The position numbers were made by a program, and so were the translations under genes. DNA of 64,000 nucleotides, taken from contig CAWFFU010000003.1 of NCBI GenBank assembly GCA_963815215.1, positions 352,001 to 416,000 on the forward strand. The letters are read 5' to 3'. The notes beneath the pieces were generated by a model, which searched no databases, was not told where the DNA came from, and worked only from the letters and a program-made list of their open reading frames with translations. The stretch's first letter is position 1; every line of letters starts with the position of its first letter. Source of the DNA: an uncultured Trueperaceae bacterium (GTDB lineage Bacteria; Deinococcota; Deinococci; Deinococcales; Trueperaceae). Of this stretch, positions 9,223-18,283 are shown in pieces.

Positions 9223-10005
9223 ATGCACCTCGTCGCCGTCGTCAGCGCCGATGCGGACGTTCGCCATGCCCTGCGCACGTTCCGAGACGCCCAGGCCCGT
9301 TTCCTACTCCACCCGGTGCCCGCCGGCGGCATGAGCGAGCTCCTCAAAGCGCTCGCCCGCCTCGACTTCGCGGGCGCGCTGGTGCTCGACCCGAGCGCCC
9401 AGGCCGATGCGCTGCACTTCGCCGATCGCTGCTCCCTCGACGCCGAGGAGATCGGCGGCGCCGACACCGTCACCGTCACACCGGGCGGCGTGATCGCCGA
9501 GTACAACCTGGGGCGCGCCGTCGGAAGCCTGCTGGAGGCGGCACGCTGGGACGCCCGCGACGCAGACGTCGTGCTGCTCGGGGGCGGCGCCACGGCGCGC
9601 GGTGTGGCACGCGAACTGTCGAGCATGGGTGCGGCATCGCTTTCGGTGCTGGCGGAGAGCCCCGCCGACGCCGAGCACAGCCTGCCCGAGCTGGCCGCCG
9701 GCACCGCGGTGGTGGCCCGCGCGGCCCAGGACCCGCTGGTGCCCACTCTGCTGGAGCGCGCCGACCTGATGGTGCGCCTCGACGCTTCGGTGCGGGTGCC
9801 GGCGGCGCTGCTCGGCCCCCACCTGACGTTGCTGGACCTGCTGCCGGAGCCGGTGTCGGCGCTACGCAAGCGGGCCATGAGCGTCGGCGCGCTCACGTTC
9901 AACCGGCGCGACCTCGACGCCTACGCCATCGGCCTCGGCCTGACCCACATGCTGGGCGCCCCGGTCGGCGTGGAGCCGTTGCTCGAACTGTTCCACGCAC
10001 TCTGA
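9223..10005 (+). CDS. Shikimate dehydrogenase-like protein with degenerate active site
   Basis: AroE-like layout (IGGADTV, VVLLGGGATARGV); leaderless start after TATCCT 9210-9215. The ORF-track start at 8995 overlaps the thrS leader and is unlikely. Confidence 0.75.
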   Translation: MHLVAVVSADADVRHALRTFRDAQARFLLHPVPAGGMSELLKALARLDFAGALVLDPSAQADALHFADRCSLDAEEIGGADTVTVTPGGVIAEYNLGRAVGSLLEAARWDARDADVVLLGGGATARGVARELSSMGAASLSVLAESPADAEHSLPELAAGTAVVARAAQDPLVPTLLERADLMVRLDASVRVPAALLGPHLTLLDLLPEPVSALRKRAMSVGALTFNRRDLDAYAIGLGLTHMLGAPVGVEPLLELFHAL

Positions 10006-10055
10006 AGCCCGGTCTCATCAAGCCGCCGTTCCGACCTGCAAGACTCGCTGGGTCG

Positions 10056-11624
10056 GTGACCACTCTCCGTTCGCTCCTCCCTGCTGCTGTGGCGCTGCTC
10101 CTCGCTTTGTCGGGAGCGGCGTGGGCACAGTCGAGCACTCTCTATCGCCTGCCCGGAGCGTCGGTGCAGGTGGCGGACGGCGCCATCCGCTTGAGCTACG
10201 GCGGTACCGAGCTCACCTACGTCGAGGGTCTGGGGTGGCTCGGGGACGTCCGGGCCGATCCGCCCCAGGTCTCCCCCGCCGGCGTGCTGGTCGACGGCAC
10301 GGTGCTCGACGCCCTGGGCGTGTCGCTGCCGCGACTCGCCGACGTGCGCTTCGGGGGCGACGGAGACGTTCGTGTGGTCCTGGACGTGCGGGACCTGTCG
10401 CAGGGGGCCGTGAGCGGACTGGTGCGCGAGGGGGACGTGGCCAGCGGCAATCCGCTGACCCTGCACCTTCCCCCGCTGCTCCTGCCGGCCGCGTCACCCG
10501 ATCCGTACCACGGCGTCGAGGTGGCGGTGGATCCCGAGCCGGGCGGGGTGAAGGTCAGCGTCAGCGGCCCCGCATTCCACTACAAGGTGTTCCCCCTGGC
10601 CGATCCCACGCGCGTGGTGATCGACATCGTCCCGCAGAAGCAGGCGGCGCTACCCGAGATCCAGCGCACGCTCGCGCCCGGGGTGAGCTACCGGCGCTTC
10701 AATGCCCCGTCGTCGTCCGGAAGCAGCGTGGTGCACCTCATCTCGGTGGCCCCCGGCGACGCCGAGCTACGCGTGGTCGGGGCCAGTCGCGAGCCCAGGA
10801 CCCTGACGCAACTGACCTCGGGCGCCGTCGCAGGCATCAATGCTGGCTACTTCGATCCCAGCACCTTCGCCGCCGTCGGTCTGCTGCGTGTCGACTTCGG
10901 CGTGCTGTCGCTGCCCACGCGCAACCGCGCGGCAGTGGCGTTCGCTCCCGACGGCGCGACCATAGCGCGGCTACACGCGCATCTCAGCCTGCAGGTCGAC
11001 GGCCGCAGCGTCGACGTCGGGGAGTCCGGCAACGGCGAGGTCGGGGTGGCTACGGCGGCGGGCGCCCTGGTCGGAGATCCGCGCGTGGGCGTGATCACGG
11101 TGCAGCAGGGCGTGGTGCTCGGCAACCGGGTCGGGCCGCGGACCGTGCCCCCGTCCGGCTTCGCCCTGGTCTACCCGCCCGATCGCCGGCCCCTGGCGCG
11201 CATCGATGCCGGCGCTTCCGTGACGCTCGACATGCAGCTCCAGCCGGCCGCCTTCAATGCCGCGCCCTACGTGGTGGAGGCCGGCCCGCTACTGGTGAAG
11301 AACGGCCAGGCCGCCTTCGATCCCAGCGCCGAGGGGTTCCCGACCGGCCAACGCATCCTCGACGCCGTGACCCAGCAGTCGGCCATCGGCATCAAGCCCG
11401 ATGGCACGGTGCTGCTGGTCGTGGCCCAGTCGATGCGGGCGGCGGACCTGGTGCCGCTGTTCTTGCGCCTCGGGGCGCGCGATGCCATGCGGCTCGACAG
11501 CGGTTCGAGCGCCACCCTGGTCGCGGACGGCAAGCCGCTCAACCGGACCTTCGAGCGCAAGGTCGTGAGCGCCATCGTGGTGCGCGCCAAGCAGGCGGCG
11601 GTGGCGAGCCTCTCGAGCCCCTGA
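10056..11624 (+). CDS. Exported phosphodiester glycosidase (NAGPA-like) family protein
   Basis: Signal peptide; DPTRVVIDI (AMIN-like); AGINAGYF, EAGPLLVKNG, AMRLDSGSSATL. Confidence 0.85.
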   Translation: MTTLRSLLPAAVALLLALSGAAWAQSSTLYRLPGASVQVADGAIRLSYGGTELTYVEGLGWLGDVRADPPQVSPAGVLVDGTVLDALGVSLPRLADVRFGGDGDVRVVLDVRDLSQGAVSGLVREGDVASGNPLTLHLPPLLLPAASPDPYHGVEVAVDPEPGGVKVSVSGPAFHYKVFPLADPTRVVIDIVPQKQAALPEIQRTLAPGVSYRRFNAPSSSGSSVVHLISVAPGDAELRVVGASREPRTLTQLTSGAVAGINAGYFDPSTFAAVGLLRVDFGVLSLPTRNRAAVAFAPDGATIARLHAHLSLQVDGRSVDVGESGNGEVGVATAAGALVGDPRVGVITVQQGVVLGNRVGPRTVPPSGFALVYPPDRRPLARIDAGASVTLDMQLQPAAFNAAPYVVEAGPLLVKNGQAAFDPSAEGFPTGQRILDAVTQQSAIGIKPDGTVLLVVAQSMRAADLVPLFLRLGARDAMRLDSGSSATLVADGKPLNRTFERKVVSAIVVRAKQAAVASLSSP

Positions 11625-11683
11625 CGCCCGGCGGCGTCTGCCGCCACGCGGCGGGGCGCGGCGCGCTCGTATACTCGAAGCAC

Positions 11684-13147
11684 ATGAACCTCGCGACCGC
11701 CGGGTCGGGCCTCGAGCGTCGCGGCATCGTCCGCGTCGCGTTGGGGATCTGTATGGCGGCTGTACTCGCCGTCGTGCCGCAGGCCGCTGCGCAGACGGAT
11801 GGCGTGCGGGTCGAGCTCGGCCTCGGCGGCCACCTGGTGGTGGGCTCCTGGAACCCGTTGCAGGTCACGGTGCGTGACGCGGCTCCCAGCATGCTGCGGC
11901 TGCGCATCGACGAGGGTTCGTTGCTCGAGGGCCCGCGCATCGTGCGCTACAGCGCGTCCGTGCCCGGCGGCAGCGGCGTGACCGTGTTCCAGGACGACCT
12001 CTACCTGCCCGCTTTCCGCTCGTTGAGCTGGACACTGGCCAGCGGCCGCACCGTACTCGCCAGCGGCAGCCTGGGTCCCGGCGACGCCGACCCCCGTCCT
12101 CTACAGATCGTGCTCTCGGCCTCGCCGGGGAGCTGGCGCGGCGCCTTCGCCCCCGATGCCCGCATCGTCGACGTGGCTGCGTCCGACCTGCCGGCCCGCG
12201 CGGCCGCCTACGACGGGGTGCAGACCCTGCTCGTGGACGGCAGCGCTGCGGCGCCGCGCGCAGCGTCGCTCGCCGCCGCAGCGGCGGGGGGCGTCCAGGT
12301 GATGCTGGCCGGCGCGCTGCCCGCGAGCCAGGCGGGCCTCGCCAGGCTGGCAGGCGGCGGTACCGCCCGGCTCGGAGCGGGCGCGGTCGAGCGCGTCGCC
12401 GACGATCCCGCGGCCGTGCGAACGCGCCTCGCGGCGTGGCGGTCACTGGATCGATCGGCCCTGCTGCAGGCGCTGGCCGCCGAGCGGCTCGTCCAGCCAC
12501 CCGCAACGCCGGACCAGCCGCTGGTCCTGGCGCTGGCCGCCACCTATGCGCTGCTCGCCCTGCTAGCGTTGCGCTTCGGTGGCACGCCCGGCCTGGCAGC
12601 GGGCCTGGTGCTCGCGGTGGTGGTCTCGCTGGCCGGCTGGCGCCTGTTGCGGCCGCCGTCGCCGGAGCTGACGGCGTCGCGCACCGTTGTGCTGGGCGGC
12701 GGGGAGCTGGCGCTCGCGCTCCGGGTCGAGGAGCGGCTCACGTTGCCTTCGGGGGTGGCGAGCCTGCCGGGCGCCGGGCATCCGCTCTCCGGTCTGCCCT
12801 ACTCGGTCGATGACGGCGTCACCCACGTCGAGCTGCCTCGTTGGAATGCGGTCGCGGTCGCTGCGCGCCCGGTTCTGCGCCCGGCCGCGCTCCGTTTCGA
12901 GGACGGACGGTTGGCCAACAGCGGCGACGGTCCCCTGCGTGACGTCTACGTCCTCGGTCTGGGGCGCCAGCCCGACCTGGCGGCCGGGGCGTCGCGGCAC
13001 CCGGAGCCCGGCGAGGAGGGCGGCTTGCCTCCCGTGCTGACACGACTGTCGTCGCTCCTCCCCGCCGGCACGGCCCTGGCCCTGGCCCCTGAGGCGGTCT
13101 GGGTGGCGTTGCCCCCGTTGGACCCCGGAGCGGGAGGTCGACCGTGA
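11684..13147 (+). CDS. Exported/membrane hypothetical protein
   Basis: TATACT 11670-11675 lies 8 nt before ATG; signal peptide, GSWNPLQVTV, LPARAAAYDGVQTLLV, two TM helices; GTGA overlap with the next gene. Confidence 0.75.
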   Translation: MNLATAGSGLERRGIVRVALGICMAAVLAVVPQAAAQTDGVRVELGLGGHLVVGSWNPLQVTVRDAAPSMLRLRIDEGSLLEGPRIVRYSASVPGGSGVTVFQDDLYLPAFRSLSWTLASGRTVLASGSLGPGDADPRPLQIVLSASPGSWRGAFAPDARIVDVAASDLPARAAAYDGVQTLLVDGSAAAPRAASLAAAAAGGVQVMLAGALPASQAGLARLAGGGTARLGAGAVERVADDPAAVRTRLAAWRSLDRSALLQALAAERLVQPPATPDQPLVLALAATYALLALLALRFGGTPGLAAGLVLAVVVSLAGWRLLRPPSPELTASRTVVLGGGELALALRVEERLTLPSGVASLPGAGHPLSGLPYSVDDGVTHVELPRWNAVAVAARPVLRPAALRFEDGRLANSGDGPLRDVYVLGLGRQPDLAAGASRHPEPGEEGGLPPVLTRLSSLLPAGTALALAPEAVWVALPPLDPGAGGRP

Positions 13148-13791
13148 GCCGCGCCGGTTCCGGCCTCGGAGCACTCGGTCCGGTCGCGGACCGGCTCCGA
13201 AGCGCCGACATGCTGCAGGTGCTGGCGCTGTTCCTGGCCGCTCAGCTCTTCGTCATGGCGGTGCGCTGGCCCGGCGCGGGCGGCAGCAACGAGGCGTGGT
13301 TCGCTCTGGCCCAGGCCCGCATGGTGTTGCTGTCACTGGCCGCGCTCGGCTTCGGCGCTGCCGAGAGCGGCGGGAGCCCGCGCTCGAGGCGCGCCACCGC
13401 CGGCGCGTTGCTGATGTTCGTGGTCCTGTCCGCGCCCATCGACGTCGCCAGCTACGCCGCGAGCTACCCGGCGGTTCCGCTCTGGTGGTCGAGCCTCCTG
13501 CCGTTGCCGGAGACGCTCGCGTACTTCGGCGTCGGTCTGGCGCTGGGACGTGCGGCGACCTGGTCGCGGATCGGCGCCCTGCTCCCGCTGCTGGTCCCGG
13601 CGCTGCTGGTCGCCGGCATCTGGGCCGATGTGCGTCTGGGAGTCGACGTCTTCAACCCGTTGACGGCCGTCTTGCAGGTGTCGGTCGTCCATGCCGTGGC
13701 GATGATCTCGCTGGCCGCAGCGACGGCCGCCTGGCTGGCGCGGCGCAGTCCGCTCGAGCGGACGGACGAGGCTGGGGAGGAGGCGGCATGA
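13144..13791 (+). CDS. Polytopic membrane protein (about 6 TM, ABC-2 permease-like size)
   Basis: Hydrophobic helices; coupled on both sides (GTGA, ATGA). Confidence 0.75.
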   Translation: MSRAGSGLGALGPVADRLRSADMLQVLALFLAAQLFVMAVRWPGAGGSNEAWFALAQARMVLLSLAALGFGAAESGGSPRSRRATAGALLMFVVLSAPIDVASYAASYPAVPLWWSSLLPLPETLAYFGVGLALGRAATWSRIGALLPLLVPALLVAGIWADVRLGVDVFNPLTAVLQVSVVHAVAMISLAAATAAWLARRSPLERTDEAGEEAA

Positions 13792-15266
13792 TCCGTCCGA
13801 GCCGGCGCCAGCGCGCCAGCCGCCCCACCGCGGAGCATGCCTTCGCGCTGCACCTGCGCATCGCCGCGCGCAGTGCCTGGAGCACTCGCTTGCTGCGCGG
13901 CGCCGCGGCCGCCCTGCTGGCGTCGCTGATCGCGGCCGCCGCCGGCGCGTCGCCGTGGCTGCAGGGTGGCGGACTCTGCGGAGCCTTCGTCATCGCCGCC
14001 CTGGCCCCGGTTCGCGGCCATCGCGCGCGGGCCGTACGCTTCATCCGTGAGCGCGCCGGGCTGAGCTACGAGACCGCGCTCGAGCTCGACGCCGGGGCCC
14101 ACGATCCGTCGTTCGCCGACGCCGTCCGGGCCCGAGCCGTCGACAGCGTGCGCGACGTGCGCCTGCCCGATCTGCAGGCCTGGTGGCTGCCACTCTTGGC
14201 GGCGGCGCTGGCGCTGCTGCTGTTCCCGTTGGCGAGCCGCACGACGGTGTTCTCCGGAACCTCGAACGCCCCCGCCGCGACGGCGCAGCCGCCGGCGGCC
14301 ACGCCGAAGGGGCCGCAGTCTCGAAGCGTCTCCGCCCCGCCGGCGAGGGCACCGGAGCGCGCCCGGAACGGTGCCGGCGGCGCGTCGCAGGGCGCGGCCG
14401 CCGACGCGCCCACGGCTGCGGGAGCGGGCGGGCAGGGAAGCGACCAGCAGGTCCTATCGAACTACCTTCAGACGCTGCAGCAGCAGGCGCCGGCCGGTGC
14501 CGCACCGTCGGGCGATGCGGGCGCGGTCACCGACGGCGCGCCGACCGCGCCGTCCATGGCGCCGGGGGTGCCGACGCCCGGCGACACCCGCGGCGGGTCG
14601 GTCGGCAACGCCGGAACCGGCGCCCCATCCTCCGGCGCCCCATCCTCCGGCACGCAGGCCGGCGGGCCATCGTCGGGACAAGGGTCGAACGACGGAGCAT
14701 CCGGCTCTAGCGGCAGTGGTTCCGGCAACGAACCCTCGCAGGGAGCCGGCGGGGCCTCCCCGTCCTCGCCGTCCGCCCCGAGCCGCTCCGACGCGGCGCC
14801 ATCGGCGGGCACCGCAGCGACGGACGCCGCCGGCACGCAACCGCCCGGCGACAGCGTCGGCTCCGGGCAGAAGCCACAGCAAGGCGCTGCATCGGCGCCG
14901 CAACCCGGGGGAGGCAGCGCGGCGGGCGAGGCCGCCGGTCAACGGCAGGCCGCTGCGGCCGACGGCGGAACCCTGCCGGGCGCACGCAATGCCGAAGGGT
15001 CGGGCACCGGCGGCAACCAGCCGGGCTCTTCCGGCGCCGCCGGCCCCGCCGCCCAGGGAGCGGCACAACCGCCGCAGTTCCTCCCGGGCGACCTTCGTCC
15101 CGGCGCGCAGAGTGCCAGCGGCACGCTCCGACTCCCGGGCTCGAAGGATGTGACTCTGCCTCCCGGCACGTCGATGGACAGCTACCGGCGCGCGGCCGAG
15201 CAGGCGCTCACCGAGGGCGACGTACCGCTCGAGTACCAGGAGGTCATCCGCCGCTACTTCCGCTAG
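13788..15266 (+). CDS. Membrane protein with long Gly/Ser/Ala/Pro-rich region and C-terminal VPLEYQEVIRRYF motif
   Basis: SD GGAGGAGG and ATGA overlap at 13788; three N-terminal TM segments; low-complexity region including a 15-bp duplication at 14619-14648. Confidence 0.75.
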   Translation: MIRPSRRQRASRPTAEHAFALHLRIAARSAWSTRLLRGAAAALLASLIAAAAGASPWLQGGGLCGAFVIAALAPVRGHRARAVRFIRERAGLSYETALELDAGAHDPSFADAVRARAVDSVRDVRLPDLQAWWLPLLAAALALLLFPLASRTTVFSGTSNAPAATAQPPAATPKGPQSRSVSAPPARAPERARNGAGGASQGAAADAPTAAGAGGQGSDQQVLSNYLQTLQQQAPAGAAPSGDAGAVTDGAPTAPSMAPGVPTPGDTRGGSVGNAGTGAPSSGAPSSGTQAGGPSSGQGSNDGASGSSGSGSGNEPSQGAGGASPSSPSAPSRSDAAPSAGTAATDAAGTQPPGDSVGSGQKPQQGAASAPQPGGGSAAGEAAGQRQAAAADGGTLPGARNAEGSGTGGNQPGSSGAAGPAAQGAAQPPQFLPGDLRPGAQSASGTLRLPGSKDVTLPPGTSMDSYRRAAEQALTEGDVPLEYQEVIRRYFR

Positions 15267-15282
15267 GTGACGGCCGGCGCCG

Positions 15283-15897
15283 TCAGGAGCCGGAGGTCTG
15301 GCTCTGCAATGCGTGCCGGAGGGCTCCCACCACGGCCGGCGCGACATCGCCAACGCCCTCATCGCGCAGGGCGACGACGGCGGGGTCGGACTGGAGCGAG
15401 GGGAGTGCCTCGGCGGTGCTCTCGCGGCGACTGCGCTGCATCAGCGGGGCCTCGAAGCGGGCGACCACGGAATCGCTCGCTGTGTCGACCACGATCGCCT
15501 GGACCTGGACCGTGACGTCCACCGTGCGTGCGCTCCCGTCCTTGGATACCGTCACATCGCGCTTCATGTCGGGAGCTCCGATCAGTACGGAGTAGGCGGC
15601 GCCGTAGCTGCGGCCGATGCGGGCGGAGGCGGGCACCGCGCGATCGTAGAACAGATCGCTGTGCCCCTCCGCGAAGCGCATCGCCGCAGCGCTGACGAAG
15701 GCGAACGGGAGCGGTCCCTGCGCGCGCATCTCCGACACCAGCAGGGCGGCGCTCCCGCCGATCCTGCCCTGCGCGGGACCGTTGATCACGGCGACCAGAG
15801 GTTGCGCCCCGGGGGCGGCGGCGGGCGCGCAGGCGACGAGCATCAGGGCGAGCGTTACGAGCGCCATCGTCAGGTTGCGGATGCGGGATGTCCTCAC
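15283..15897 (-). CDS. Putative lipoprotein
   Basis: Basic N-terminus, hydrophobic core, lipobox LVAC. Confidence 0.75.
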   Translation of the reverse strand: MRTSRIRNLTMALVTLALMLVACAPAAAPGAQPLVAVINGPAQGRIGGSAALLVSEMRAQGPLPFAFVSAAAMRFAEGHSDLFYDRAVPASARIGRSYGAAYSVLIGAPDMKRDVTVSKDGSARTVDVTVQVQAIVVDTASDSVVARFEAPLMQRSRRESTAEALPSLQSDPAVVALRDEGVGDVAPAVVGALRHALQSQTSGS

Positions 15898-15961
15898 ACC
15901 CTACATGCTGCCACCCGCATCGCCGGCGATGCGTAGCCGCGGCGTCAGCGAGCGAGGATCG

Positions 15962-16585
15962 TCACCGCCCGGGCGGCCCCGACGCCCCGTCGTCGAGCTC
16001 GATCCGCGCTTCCCCGCGGGTGAGCTCCGCCAAACGGCGCCGGAGCCCGTCCGCGTCCGCCTCGGGCACTACCAGGGCCACGCGAACGCCCTGCGGCTCG
16101 AACGCCGGGTCCTCGCGGTGGACGCTGGGAAGCGCGTCGAGTTCGCGCAGAAGCGAGTCGACGAAGGCGAACGGGGCGCGGACGGAGATCCGGACGGTGG
16201 TCGGTACCTCGCGCTCGCCGGCTGCCTGTACCGCCCGGGCCACGGCGCCGCCGTAGGCGCGCGCCAGGCCCCCGGCGCCCAGCTTGCGCCCCCCGAAGTA
16301 GCGCACCACGACCGCCGCCACGTGATCGAGGTCGCGCTTGAGCAACACCTCCAGCATCGGCCGACCGGCCGTGCCGCCGGGCTCGCCGTCGTCGGAGAAA
16401 CGCTGCTCCCGGCCCACGCGGTATGCCCAGCAGTGGTGGCTGGCGTCGGGGTGGGCGGCGCGTTGCGCCTCCACCAGCGCCAGCGCCTTCGTCGTGTCGG
16501 TCACGGGCGCCACCGTGGCGATGAAGCGCGATCCCATCACCATGTCTTCGTGCTCGGCGGGTCGGAGCAGCGATCGGTAGCCCAC
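15962..16585 (-). CDS. yigZ: YigZ/IMPACT family protein
   Basis: SRFIA, ASHHCWAY, SDDGEPGGTAGRPML, VVVRYFGGRKLGAGGL; TAGACT 8 nt before GTG. Confidence 0.95.
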   Translation of the reverse strand: MGYRSLLRPAEHEDMVMGSRFIATVAPVTDTTKALALVEAQRAAHPDASHHCWAYRVGREQRFSDDGEPGGTAGRPMLEVLLKRDLDHVAAVVVRYFGGRKLGAGGLARAYGGAVARAVQAAGEREVPTTVRISVRAPFAFVDSLLRELDALPSVHREDPAFEPQGVRVALVVPEADADGLRRRLAELTRGEARIELDDGASGPPGR

Positions 16586-16638
16586 GGCCGATCAGTCTAC
16601 TCCCCGGAGCGACGCGGCCCCGTGCTACACTCTGCTCC

Positions 16639-16695
16639 ATGGTGACGCCGGTGATGAAGATCTACCTGCCGCGATGTCTGCGTCACACCGCCTGA
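16639..16695 (+). CDS. Putative leaderless Cys-containing leader peptide of cysS (18 aa)
   Basis: TGcTACACT, 7 nt, then ATG; MVTPVMKIYLPRCLRHTA*; TGT at 16675-16677. Confidence 0.55.
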   Translation: MVTPVMKIYLPRCLRHTA

Positions 16696-16763
16696 CCCTC
16701 GGTCCCAGCTACAGCCAGTGCCTTCGCGGGCGCGTTCCCGCCCGCTCTCATGCGAGGAGTGCC

Positions 16764-18182
16764 ATGGCGCTTGAGTTCTACAACAGCCTCAGCCGCAGCA
16801 AGGAAGTCTTCGAGCCGGTGGTCCCCGGCCGCGTCGGTATCTACATGTGCGGCCCTACCGTCTACTCCGAACCGCATCTGGGCCACGCGCGCGGGCCCAT
16901 CGTGTTCGACGTGCTGCGGCGCTGGCTCGAACACAGCGGCTACGTCGTGCGCTTCGTGTCCAACGTGACCGACGTCGGTCATCTATCCGACGTGGAGGAA
17001 GGCGAGGACAAGCTCCAGAAGCGCGCACAGCTCGAGCGGCTCGAGCCCATGGAGGTCGCGGAGAAGTACTTCTGGGCCTACTTCGACGCCATGGCGCGCC
17101 TGAACGTGCGGCGCCCCGACGTGGTCCCCCGGGCGTCGGGGCACATCATCGAGCAGATCGAGCTCACGCGCGTGCTGCTCGACCGGGGCTTCGCCTACCG
17201 CAAGGACGGTAACGTCTACTTCGACGTCTCCGCCTTCGAGCCCTACGGCGAGCTGTCGGGCCGCGATCCCGACGAGCTGATGGAGGGCACGCGGGTGGAG
17301 GTGCGCTCCGACAAGGACGACCCGCGCGACTTCGCGTTGTGGAAGAAGGCCGAGGAAGGGCACATCATGCGCTGGCCGAGCCCCTGGGGCGAGGGCTTCC
17401 CCGGTTGGCACATCGAGTGCTCGGTGATGAGCACCAAGTACCTCGGCGACGAGTTCGACATCCATGGCGGTGGGCTCGATCTGATCTTCCCCCACCACGA
17501 GTGCGAGCTCGCCCAGGCGCGCGCGGCCGGCAAGCCCTTCGCGCGGGTGTGGCTGCACTGGAACATGATCACGCTCGAGGGCGAGAAGATGGCCAAGTCG
17601 AAGAACCACTTCGTCACCCTCTCGAAGCTTTTCGAACGCTACGACCCGGTCGCCGTCCGCTTCCACCTGCTCCGCTCGCACTACCGCAGCGTCTCGGATT
17701 TCTCCGACGAGAGCCTCACGGCGTCGGCGCAGGGACTGAAGCGCCTGCGCGAGAGCTACCGGCAGGTGAGCGGAGGGGCCGAAGGCGAGCCCACGCCGGG
17801 GGCGTTCGACGGTCTGCGCGCGCGCTTCGCCGAGGCGATGGACGACGACATCAACACCCCCCAGGCGCTCGCCGTACTCTTCGACGGAGCGCGTGAGATC
17901 AACCGCCGCGTCGAGCAGGGTGCGAGCCCCGAGTACCGGGGCGCCGCGCGCGCGTTCTTCCACGACCTGCTCGACGGGGTGCTCGGTATCCCCGCGCAGG
18001 CCGAGGCGGCCGGTCAGACGCGCGACGCGATGGATGGACTGGTCGGTATGCTCCTGGACGAGCGGCAGCGGGCGCGCGCGCGCCGCGATTTCGACGCATC
18101 CGATGCGATGCGCGCGCGGCTCGAGGCGCTCGGCATCGAAGTCGAGGACACCCCCGAAGGGACCCGCTGGAAGCTGGCGTGA
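16764..18182 (+). CDS. cysS: Cysteine--tRNA ligase
   Basis: [46 protein letters not shown]. Confidence 0.99.
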   Translation: MALEFYNSLSRSKEVFEPVVPGRVGIYMCGPTVYSEPHLGHARGPIVFDVLRRWLEHSGYVVRFVSNVTDVGHLSDVEEGEDKLQKRAQLERLEPMEVAEKYFWAYFDAMARLNVRRPDVVPRASGHIIEQIELTRVLLDRGFAYRKDGNVYFDVSAFEPYGELSGRDPDELMEGTRVEVRSDKDDPRDFALWKKAEEGHIMRWPSPWGEGFPGWHIECSVMSTKYLGDEFDIHGGGLDLIFPHHECELAQARAAGKPFARVWLHWNMITLEGEKMAKSKNHFVTLSKLFERYDPVAVRFHLLRSHYRSVSDFSDESLTASAQGLKRLRESYRQVSGGAEGEPTPGAFDGLRARFAEAMDDDINTPQALAVLFDGAREINRRVEQGASPEYRGAARAFFHDLLDGVLGIPAQAEAAGQTRDAMDGLVGMLLDERQRARARRDFDASDAMRARLEALGIEVEDTPEGTRWKLA

Positions 18183-18283
18183 GTCGCCGGCATGACGCCG
18201 GCAGGGACAGTCGCGGCCCATACCGGCTGGGCTCATGCCGCGCTTCTCGCGACCGGCGCGCCGCCGCCGTAGCAGCATGGCGT

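Noticed and set aside
10121..11683. 5' half of the 1008-aa ORF 10121..13147
   Set aside because: Arg/Gly-rich shadow frame overlapping the real NAGPA-like gene; a TATACT promoter points to ATG 11684
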